Virus record (IMG/VR): IMGVR_UViG_3300043093_000048
Location: 192,001-256,000 of that record
Direction: 5' to 3' (one strand)
Length of the DNA: 64,000 nucleotides
DNA from: a virus
Taxonomy: Duplodnaviria; Caudoviricetes
Position 1 is the stretch's first letter. Each line of letters begins with the position of its first letter. Positions 1 to 7,463 of the stretch are shown here, in pieces. The notes beneath the pieces are model-generated. The model was not told the origin of the DNA. It saw only the letters and a program-made list of their open reading frames with translations, and ran no database searches. The translations under genes were made by a program, and so were the position numbers.

Positions 1-2
1 AT

Positions 3-884
3 ATAACTAATAGTGTTAAAGATATATTCTCAACAAATACTAAAGATCATTTATTATGCTTTACAAATCTTGGAAGAGTATTTGATATTAAAGTATATAA
101 TATTAATGAAGGATCTATTAAAAGTAAAGGTATGAGAATTCCATTAAACCTTAAACCAGATGAAAAAGTTATTAAATTCTTATGTTTAAGTGATGAAAAA
201 ATTTCTGATCCTAATTCTTATTTAATGTTTGTTACTAAAAATGGATTAGGTAAAAGAACTTCTTTAGAAGAATTTAAGAATATTAATAAAGCAGGAATTA
301 TTGCAATAGACCTCAAAGAAAATGATAAAATAGTATTTGTTGGTTATATTGACAATAATAAAGATATTCAAGATATTATTATAGCTACAGAAAATGGATT
401 AACTGTAAGATATGATAAAGAACAATTTAAACCTATTGGAAGAACTACACAAGGTAATGTAGTTATGAAATTATTAGATGATGATCATATTGCAAGTGCT
501 TGTATCATTGATGATGAAAATGATAAGATATTCTTTATAACACAGAATGGATTAGGTAAAACTACTTTAGTAACAGATAATGTTAAAAAGAAAGATCCTA
601 ATACTAAAAAAGAAGTAATCATTAATGATGGTTTTCCAAGACTTAAAAGAAGTGCTACAATTAAAGGAAGAATTGGTATAACTCTTAAAAATGATAAACT
701 AGTAGAAATTATTCCTATTCATAATAATGATGATATTAAAGATATTATAATTACAACTAAACAAAAAGTTTTAACAATTAGCACTGAAGAATTCCTAGAG
801 CCATTAAAAAGAGCTACTATGGGTAAGAAATTAATTAATATTAAAGATGAAAATGATTTTATCGTTAATATTGCACTCAGATAA
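3..884 (+). CDS. gyrA: DNA gyrase/topoisomerase II subunit A, C-terminal beta-pinwheel (5'-truncated by window edge)
   Basis: Frame is open from nt 3 (STNTKDHLLCFTNLGRVFDIKVY). Repeated blades FVTKNGLGKRT, IATENGLTVR, FITQNGLGKT, GRTTQGNVVMKL and KRATMGKKLI match the GyrA CTD. Confidence 0.88.
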   Translation: MTNSVKDIFSTNTKDHLLCFTNLGRVFDIKVYNINEGSIKSKGMRIPLNLKPDEKVIKFLCLSDEKISDPNSYLMFVTKNGLGKRTSLEEFKNINKAGIIAIDLKENDKIVFVGYIDNNKDIQDIIIATENGLTVRYDKEQFKPIGRTTQGNVVMKLLDDDHIASACIIDDENDKIFFITQNGLGKTTLVTDNVKKKDPNTKKEVIINDGFPRLKRSATIKGRIGITLKNDKLVEIIPIHNNDDIKDIIITTKQKVLTISTEEFLEPLKRATMGKKLINIKDENDFIVNIALR

Positions 885-897
885 AGGAGAGATTAAT

Positions 898-1062
898 ATG
901 AAATCTGTTGTTATTGTAAGATCTGAAGACACTAAAACAATTTATGGTGTTTTTGAAAATGATGAAAAAGCTGATGAGTATATTAAAGATTTAACTAAAA
1001 ATAATCCAAATCTTTTTGATGAAAATAATAGATTACAAAAGATGCACTGGTCTGTAAGATAA
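898..1062 (+). CDS. Small hypothetical protein (54 aa)
   Basis: ATG at 898 follows AAAGGAGA, a better start than 847; followed by a terminator. Confidence 0.65.
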   Translation: MKSVVIVRSEDTKTIYGVFENDEKADEYIKDLTKNNPNLFDENNRLQKMHWSVR

Positions 1063-1070
1063 AATTTTTA

Positions 1071-1118
1071 TATGTTCCCTTAGTATATATTAAATATACT
1101 AAGGGAATATTTTTTTTA
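1071..1118 (+). terminator. Intrinsic terminator
   Basis: TTCCCTTAGTATAT/ATATACTAAGGGAA stem followed by a T run. Confidence 0.8.
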
Positions 1119-1128
1119 TAAAATATCG

Positions 1129-1168
1129 AAAAAAAAATCCCTTAACTATTTTTAAATAGTTAAGGGAA
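1129..1168 (-). terminator. Intrinsic terminator for 1178..2902
   Basis: TCCCTTAACTATTT/AAATAGTTAAGGGA stem with an A run on the left. Confidence 0.8.
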
Positions 1169-1177
1169 ATTTATTAA

Positions 1178-2902
1178 TTATCTTTCATAATAGAATACAA
1201 AGTTACCACAATCATAAATTTTGAGATAACCAGCTTCTCTCATAATTTGGAATTCAGTTTTATCATCAGAATAAATATCTGGGAACTTCTTTTTAAGTTC
1301 TTGCTTTCTAAATCCAAATCTATTATATTTCTTTATATTATTTTTATCAATATAGAAATATGATGGAGAACTTGTATGATCTAATCTAAAATTATTTTTC
1401 AAATAAAGATTTCCATCAGACCATCTTCTATCAGCATATGTGATAATTCTATTCCATTCAAAATTTCTTTCAAAATATTTAAATAATTTACTAAAACCAC
1501 CAATTACACAAATATCTCCTTCAGTGGCATATCTTGAAAGTTCATAATCAAAAGCAGTTTTATCACTCTTTTGTCCTAAAGAAAGTCTAGGCTTACAGAA
1601 TGTCATAACTGCCACTAAAGTATCTTCACCATTATCTTCTGGATACCAAAGACCAAGTTTAATACTTGCACTATCAGTTCCTTGAATATGATTATCTTCT
1701 AAAAATATCTTTTTAGCAGGTGCAGTAATCTCTTCAATATAACATTTTCTTGCAAATACCTTTCTACCAACATGCTGAGTCATATACTTTAATTTTCTTT
1801 TAACAATATCTTGCTTATTTACCCATTCATCTTCAAATAAATGAATAAGTCTTATACCATTTTTAACTGCTAATTCAGTTTTCTTAATATGATAATCCTT
1901 TGGAACAAAATCTTCTGAATGCCAATAAAGTCCATCAAATTCAATTCCAATTTTATAGTCAGGAAGATAAATATCTATTTCCTGTTTATTACCAAGAATT
2001 GTTCGATCATTTCTTGAGATATTTTCAACACCAATAGATTTAAGATAATCACAAATATCATCTTCATATTTAGATTTACCCATATTAGTGTTACATTTAG
2101 GACATCTTTCAATAGTCTTATTATCTCTAGTATATGGGTGAAGAATATCTACAGGTCTTACTGACCATTCATGACCACACTTATTATGTCTAATTTTTAC
2201 TTTTTCTTTATTACTTGAATAATTACTTAATAGAGTATAATTATCTCCTAAAGCTTCTTGGAACGTTTCATTTGTATATTTTTCTGATTTATAACAATTT
2301 GAACAACCTTTACCAAGTAATAAATTAGAAGGTGTTGCTTCAAATAATTTTCCACATTTAGTATGATATACTTTAATCTTAGTATTATTATCAGTGTAAG
2401 GCTGTTTTAATAATACTTCATACTCTTCACCTAAGACTTCTTCAACTCTTGCTTTAAGTGTCTTAATTCCAATCTTATGCTTTTCAGCACCTTGTTTCTT
2501 AGAACATTTAGGACATCTTCTATTATTAAGAAAACAATCTGGTCTAACATCATATTCTAACCCACAAGTATTATGTTTCATTTTAACCTTAGTTGTAGTA
2601 TTAACAAAATCACTTAATAAAGTATATTCATCTCCAACTAGATCAAATATTTCCTTTTTAAAGCTTTCAGTTGTTCTATTACGATTTTTAGGTTTTTTAG
2701 CATTTTCTCTATTTGCAATAGCTCTTGCACATTTAGGACATCTTTTTCCTGCTAAAAAGTTAGTAGGAGAAACTTCATATTTAAGTCCACAATCTTCATG
2801 TAATATTGTAACTTTATTATGAGTTCCAGTATATTCGGATAATAATTTATATCCTTCATTTTCTTCAACCTTTTTTCTAAAGCTTTCAGTATCCCAACGC
2901 AT
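1178..2902 (-). CDS. Hef-like homing endonuclease: 4 zinc-ribbon repeats, Vsr/DUF559-like nuclease, C-terminal GNAT/Mom-like domain
   Basis: HxxCG...RCPKC repeats; EIDIYLPDYKIGIEFDGLYWH nuclease motif; C-terminal ARKC..NHIQG..LVAVMTF..YELSRY..ITYADRRWSDG..IYDCG. Confidence 0.75.
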   Translation of the reverse strand: MRWDTESFRKKVEENEGYKLLSEYTGTHNKVTILHEDCGLKYEVSPTNFLAGKRCPKCARAIANRENAKKPKNRNRTTESFKKEIFDLVGDEYTLLSDFVNTTTKVKMKHNTCGLEYDVRPDCFLNNRRCPKCSKKQGAEKHKIGIKTLKARVEEVLGEEYEVLLKQPYTDNNTKIKVYHTKCGKLFEATPSNLLLGKGCSNCYKSEKYTNETFQEALGDNYTLLSNYSSNKEKVKIRHNKCGHEWSVRPVDILHPYTRDNKTIERCPKCNTNMGKSKYEDDICDYLKSIGVENISRNDRTILGNKQEIDIYLPDYKIGIEFDGLYWHSEDFVPKDYHIKKTELAVKNGIRLIHLFEDEWVNKQDIVKRKLKYMTQHVGRKVFARKCYIEEITAPAKKIFLEDNHIQGTDSASIKLGLWYPEDNGEDTLVAVMTFCKPRLSLGQKSDKTAFDYELSRYATEGDICVIGGFSKLFKYFERNFEWNRIITYADRRWSDGNLYLKNNFRLDHTSSPSYFYIDKNNIKKYNRFGFRKQELKKKFPDIYSDDKTEFQIMREAGYLKIYDCGNFVFYYER

Positions 2903-2956
2903 AATTTTATTACTCCTTTAATAAAAAATATTTTTTGTAGTTTATCAATCTAACTA

Positions 2957-2976
2957 CACTATAATAATATATAGTT
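2957..2976 (-). promoter_or_regulatory. Putative early-class phage promoter
   Basis: AACTATATATTAT-TATA-GTG matches the motif at 10323, 44556, 60052 and 61554. Confidence 0.55.
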
Positions 2977-3020
2977 ATAGTTGGTTTTAAAATTTTTTAA
3001 TTTATAGTTGGTATAAATTT

Positions 3021-4127
3021 CTAATTATATTTATTAATAATATCTTCTAATATTATTTCTAGATTATCAAAATCCTTATAAGATATTCGATATAAATCAA
3101 TATTATGATCTTTACAATATTGATCTTTAATTTCATCTCTTTTCTTTTGTATTTCTAATTTCTTTTCACCATATATATTTTTATTATGAAATTCTCCATC
3201 ATATTCTATTAATATAATTTTTCCTGTATCATCTTCTAGTTTAAAATCAAATTCTAATGTTCTTTTATATTTACAATCTTTTAAACCCTTATAATGCCAA
3301 ATATATTCATAATCATTTGAATCTAACCATTTAGCTATCTTTTCTTCTCCTAATGAAATTCTACAATGTGGACATCTATTTCCATTTAAAAAATCATCTG
3401 CAGTTAATGTAAAAATATTATTACATTTTTTACATAATACTTTTATTTTATTTTTTCGTTTAGTATATTTAGTTAATATTTCATAATTATTAAAAGTATC
3501 TTTTGGTAATTTCTTTAAAAATTCTTCATGAGTTAATGTATGTTTTTTAGCTCTTTGTTTTAAAGAGCATTTAGGACATCTTCTTTTTTTATTTAAGAAG
3601 TTGTCAGCAGTTGTTTCAAATATATTATTACATTTATTGTGTTTAATTTTTATTTTAGATTTATTATTAATATATTCATCACTTATTAATGAATATTCAT
3701 TGCCTACTTGATTTTTCATATCACTTCTTAAGGATTCTATTGTCTTTTTCTTACTTGGGTGAGAACAATATGGACATCTATGATTATTATTAAAATTAAT
3801 AGGTGTCATTTCAAATTCTTTATTACATTTATTATGCTTAAATTTAACTTTAGTTTTATTATTAATATATTCAGATATTAATTTATATTCATTATTAGTA
3901 ATATTTTTTACTTTTTCTTTATACATATCAGTATTCATTATATGATTAGAACAGTAAGGACATCTATCTCCTTGAATAAATCTATCAGGTCTTACTCTAT
4001 AAGTATTATTACATTTATTATGCTTAAGAATAACTTGCGTTTTATTATTAATATATTCTGATTGTAACTCATACTCATCATTAGTAAGATTTTTTAATTT
4101 GTCTTTAAATGATAAAATAATTATCAA
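3021..4127 (-). CDS. Free-standing homing endonuclease (4 zinc-ribbon repeats, PD-(D/E)XK/EDxHD-like nuclease)
   Basis: KHNKC...RCPYC repeats; LEFDF..ILIEYDGEFH..DEIKDQYCKDHNIDLYRISY. Start codon is non-ATG and uncertain. Confidence 0.78.
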   Translation of the reverse strand: MIIILSFKDKLKNLTNDEYELQSEYINNKTQVILKHNKCNNTYRVRPDRFIQGDRCPYCSNHIMNTDMYKEKVKNITNNEYKLISEYINNKTKVKFKHNKCNKEFEMTPINFNNNHRCPYCSHPSKKKTIESLRSDMKNQVGNEYSLISDEYINNKSKIKIKHNKCNNIFETTADNFLNKKRRCPKCSLKQRAKKHTLTHEEFLKKLPKDTFNNYEILTKYTKRKNKIKVLCKKCNNIFTLTADDFLNGNRCPHCRISLGEEKIAKWLDSNDYEYIWHYKGLKDCKYKRTLEFDFKLEDDTGKIILIEYDGEFHNKNIYGEKKLEIQKKRDEIKDQYCKDHNIDLYRISYKDFDNLEIILEDIINKYN

Positions 4128-4142
4128 CTCCTATTTAGTATT

Positions 4143-4154
4143 TAAATAATAGTT
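4143..4154 (-). promoter_or_regulatory. Putative late-class promoter AACT-N6-TA
   Basis: AACT-ATTATT-TA directly upstream of the RBS of 3021..4127. Confidence 0.45.
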
Positions 4155-4171
4155 TTCTAATTATAAAAAAT

Positions 4172-4204
4172 AAAAATTCCCTAAGACTTATTAAGTCTTA
4201 GGGG
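4172..4204 (-). terminator. Intrinsic terminator of the RNAP beta gene
   Basis: CCCTAAGACTT/AAGTCTTAGGG stem plus an A run. Confidence 0.8.
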
Positions 4205-4209
4205 TTTAT

Positions 4210-5616
4210 TTAAGATTGATATATATCTTTTATTTGACGTTTTAATTCTATTAAAGCTTTCGAAGCGTAACCGTCAATAAAGATGTCTAGAGTCATACGG
4301 CTGTTTATACTTAAAGGACTTAATATAGCTTCTACTGGTTCTTCTGGTCTATAATCAGAATATGGTTCTTCACCTTTTTCTAAAACCTTTGAAACAATAG
4401 TTTTAAGAGCCGTTCCGTATATAACTTTATCGCCTATACCTAACTCTTGGTAATATTCTATAAAGAATTCAAACATTACACCATCTATTACATCTTCACC
4501 TTTAATTTTATTTTCAGTTTGTTTTTCAATAATAGGAGCATTTAAAGAATCATAACCTGTTCCTTTTATTTTTTCTATAATAGCTTTTCTAGATTTCTTT
4601 GCATTAATATAAGATTTAATTACTTTTTGTAAACTTTCTGAATATTCTTCAATATCATTAGTATAATAAATATTTACTTTAGTAACTACACCTGTATATT
4701 TACACTTTAATTCATTTTTAGCCATCTCAGCAATATTAGCTGCAAATTCATCACCAATTTTACCTAAGATATCATTCATAGATTCATCATTAAATGAATT
4801 TTCAAAGATTAATAAAGGTTCATTAGTTTTAATATTTTGACCTTCTTTAGCTACAAAACTTACTGTAGCATTTTTATCAAGAATCTTTGTCTTTCTCATA
4901 GTAACTTTAGTGGCTAAGCCTTCAGATACTTTATCAGTAACAATAGATGAGTCTTCAAGAGTAAAATCTGCTGAAGCAATAGCTATTTTAGTAGTTCTAC
5001 CCATACAATATATAATATCATCTTTCTTACCATTACCAACAAAGAAATTAGGATTCTTTGCTATTACAGCACCTTTATTGAATTTTTCTCCAGGTGTGTA
5101 AAGCATTTCAAATTTCTGTGAGTTATAAAAACCACCATTACTATTGTTGGTTTCAACTATATCTAAATCAATTAAATCTTGTTTACCAGATTTATATTTA
5201 AGAATAGCTACTTTATTTTTCATATCAATAGATTCTACTACACCATCTTCTTTTGCTTTAAACGCAAATTCATCAGAAATCATATAAGGAGCAGTTTTTT
5301 CTAATCCAGAACCAATTAATGGTGGTGTCTGACCCAATACTGATACAATATGTTTCTGCTGCACAGACTGCATAGAAATACGAGGAGCATCTGAGTGTGT
5401 AGTTGTTGATGGATTCATTAATTCTGAGAAGTCATATTGAGTTGTAGAACCATTTCCTTTAGCATTACTTGGATCTACAAAACCATATATATTAGTAATT
5501 TTAGGACTATAAGTTAATTGTCTAACAATACCAACCTGATTACCTTCAGGTGTGTTAAGACTAATTAAGTTCTTCATGTTTTCATTATAACCACGAGTTC
5601 TTGTAGTATAAGCTTC
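4210..5616 (-). CDS. rpoB: Phage (virion-type) RNA polymerase beta subunit N-part, exon 3
   Basis: NTPEGNQVGIVRQL (compare ETPEGPNIGL), HSDAPRISMQSVQQKH, LEDS, LGIGDK..KTIVS, PLSINSRMT. The ORF-track ATG at 5619 overlaps the intron's terminal G. Confidence 0.9.
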   Translation of the reverse strand, partial: EAYTTRTRGYNENMKNLISLNTPEGNQVGIVRQLTYSPKITNIYGFVDPSNAKGNGSTTQYDFSELMNPSTTTHSDAPRISMQSVQQKHIVSVLGQTPPLIGSGLEKTAPYMISDEFAFKAKEDGVVESIDMKNKVAILKYKSGKQDLIDLDIVETNNSNGGFYNSQKFEMLYTPGEKFNKGAVIAKNPNFFVGNGKKDDIIYCMGRTTKIAIASADFTLEDSSIVTDKVSEGLATKVTMRKTKILDKNATVSFVAKEGQNIKTNEPLLIFENSFNDESMNDILGKIGDEFAANIAEMAKNELKCKYTGVVTKVNIYYTNDIEEYSESLQKVIKSYINAKKSRKAIIEKIKGTGYDSLNAPIIEKQTENKIKGEDVIDGVMFEFFIEYYQELGIGDKVIYGTALKTIVSKVLEKGEEPYSDYRPEEPVEAILSPLSINSRMTLDIFIDGYASKALIELKRQIKDIYQS

Positions 5617-5961
5617 CATTTTATAATTGGACTATATCTTCATCACTAAATGATGCCTTCCATTTCGGGTAAACCATAAAACCCTACTCTACTCACTTCG
5701 TGTAAATATTTCAATTTACCTTATTTTTAACTAGTTTATACTAGTATATTAGCTTTCGATAGTCTCTGAACTCATATCCTATCTTAGTAGGATACTTCGC
5801 TGCATCGATTGGACTTTAAAACTTAATCTTTTTACTATACCTAAGTCTGTTAAACTTCGCCACTAAGTATATTGCTATCTTAGTTTAGTAATTAAGTTCG
5901 TTTAGTCTTTCCTGCAATTAGGAAGGTTTATTTTTACAATGTCAACAAAGCTTACTTGATA

Positions 5962-6960
5962 TTATAAATTATAAGTATCATAATATTTTATTTCATTGGT
6001 TATATCTTCATTTATAATTGTAAATAAATCATACTTTTCAATAAAATTATTTAAATCTTTTTCTTTTATAATTCTCATTATAATATTTTTAATTTCATTT
6101 TCATTCAGCTTATATGGAATTCTTATTAAATTAATTTTATTATTTTTGCAAAATTCATTTTTCATTAAATCATGTTTATGAGTTGTTTTATATGTTTTTC
6201 CCATAAATGATTTTTTATCAAAATGTTGTAAACCATCAAATTCAATAATACAATTATAATCTTTTAAAAAAAAATCAAATTTTAATAAAGATTTATCTTT
6301 ACAATCTTTATATGTTTTTTCTTTTTTAACTTTAATGTTATTACTTTTTAGTAAATTATAAATATAATTTGCTTTTTTAGATAGTTCTTTTCTATAACAT
6401 TCAGGACATCTTTGACCTCTTAAAAAATTGTGAGGAGACATTTTAAATATAGAATTACATTTATTATGCTTAAATGAAATATTAATTTTATTATTTTTTG
6501 GATATTCATCTAAAACTACATATTCTTTTCCAACTAATTTATATATTTCTTCCTTAAACATTTTAGTTGTTTTTGGAATTCTTTTAGAACATTTAGGACA
6601 TCTATCACCAGATAAGAATCTAGTTGGTGTTACTAAATATTCATATCCACATTTTAAATGTTTTATTTTTACATGCGTATGACAATTTTTATATTCTGAT
6701 ATAAGCTCATAATTAGAATCTATATTTTTTATTTCATTTTTAAAGTAGTCTGAATTTTTATTATATACTTTTCCAACACATTTAGGACATGAATATCTTC
6801 TTCTAAAATTACTTAATTTGCTAATAAATTCATATCCACACTTCAAATGTTTTATTTTATAATGATTTTCTTTATTAATTTTTATTTGTTCTAAAATTTT
6901 AAATTCATCAGTATAATTATTTATTTCTTCTTGAACTTCTTCTATACTTTTCTTTTTCAT
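5962..6960 (-). CDS. Intron-encoded homing endonuclease (zinc-ribbon repeats, EDxHD/Vsr-like nuclease)
   Basis: KHLKCG..RCPKC repeats; LKFDFFL..IIEFDGLQH..DLMKNEFCKNNKINLIRIPY. Lies between the 5' splice site and the IGS, with its own RBS. Confidence 0.85.
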   Translation of the reverse strand: MKKKSIEEVQEEINNYTDEFKILEQIKINKENHYKIKHLKCGYEFISKLSNFRRRYSCPKCVGKVYNKNSDYFKNEIKNIDSNYELISEYKNCHTHVKIKHLKCGYEYLVTPTRFLSGDRCPKCSKRIPKTTKMFKEEIYKLVGKEYVVLDEYPKNNKINISFKHNKCNSIFKMSPHNFLRGQRCPECYRKELSKKANYIYNLLKSNNIKVKKEKTYKDCKDKSLLKFDFFLKDYNCIIEFDGLQHFDKKSFMGKTYKTTHKHDLMKNEFCKNNKINLIRIPYKLNENEIKNIIMRIIKEKDLNNFIEKYDLFTIINEDITNEIKYYDTYNL

Positions 6961-6987
6961 ATTCGTTCACACTCCAAAATAATAGTA

Positions 6988-6999
6988 TAAAATTTAGTT
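6988..6999 (-). promoter_or_regulatory. Putative late-class promoter inside intron 2
   Basis: AACT-AAATTT-TA upstream of the endonuclease RBS; a second match AACT-TAAAAA-TA lies just upstream. Confidence 0.45.
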
Positions 7000-7035
7000 C
7001 ATTATATTTTTAAGTTTATGGTTTTTAGGGTGGCT

Positions 7036-7089
7036 ATTGACATTGATACCAGCAAGTCCCTTCATTGAAGCTGTACCCATTCTCTCTAA
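7036..7089 (-). CDS. rpoB: RNAP beta N-part, exon 2 (54-nt micro-exon LERMGTASMKGLAGINVN)
   Basis: NPSLE+LERMGTASMKG+LAGI aligns without gaps to bacterial beta [20 protein letters not shown]. Absent from the ORF track. Confidence 0.85.
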
Positions 7090-7463
7090 CAATTATTACT
7101 AATTGGACTATATCATCTTCTATAATAATTTATAGAAGCCTTGCACTTCGGACATATATTATATCCTACTCTACTCACTTCGTGTAAATATTTCAATTTA
7201 CCTTATTTTTAACTAGTTTATACTAGTATATTAGCTTTCGATAGTCTCTGAACGTTCTTCATTTTATTATGAAGCTTCGCTGCTAGATTTCCCATTATTA
7301 CAATACTTAGATTTTCATCATATATCAATTTAATTATTTTTTCCGTCTTTCGACTGCATTCACACTTATCTTTACAGATTATGTTGTAGCTAATTAAATA
7401 TTAGGGTTTACAAGCAATTCACAAGGTTATCATACATTATTACTAATATATGAGAGCTAATTA
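7090..7463 (-). mobile_element. Group I intron 1 (ORF-less, about 374 nt; boundary ambiguous by 1 nt)
   Basis: GAAUUGCUUGUAAA, AAUCUAGCAGC, GUUCAGAGACUA, GAUAUAGUCC; P1 GAGU/GCUC; P9 CAAUUA-GUAA-UAAUUG. Confidence 0.88.

Larger units (their letters stand above)
5617..7035 (-). mobile_element. Group I intron 2 (IA2-like) with a homing endonuclease ORF in the P1 loop
   Basis: Core elements AAUUGCAGGAAA, AAUCGAUGCAGC, GUUCAGAGACUA and AAGAUAUAGUCC. P1 is exon CAAUGUCAAU with GUUGACAUUG (U-G at the splice site). P10 is AAGCUUU with exon GAAGCUU. Ends in G. Splicing restores GINVN|EAY. Confidence 0.92.

Noticed and set aside
5617-5619. ATG start of the 469-aa ORF as an independent gene
   Set aside because: No RBS; the G is the terminal G of intron 2 and the ORF is exon 3.
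7025-7045. GTCAATAGCC resembling an IS200/IS605 (IscB omega-RNA) end
   Set aside because: Fully explained as exon 2 / P1 pairing; no TnpA, TnpB or IscB gene is present.
3021-7090. Genome-wide TAG reassignment as an explanation for the intron 1 junction
   Set aside because: Very long ORFs are intact in the standard code, and TAG at 3021 ends a protein at a natural C-terminus.
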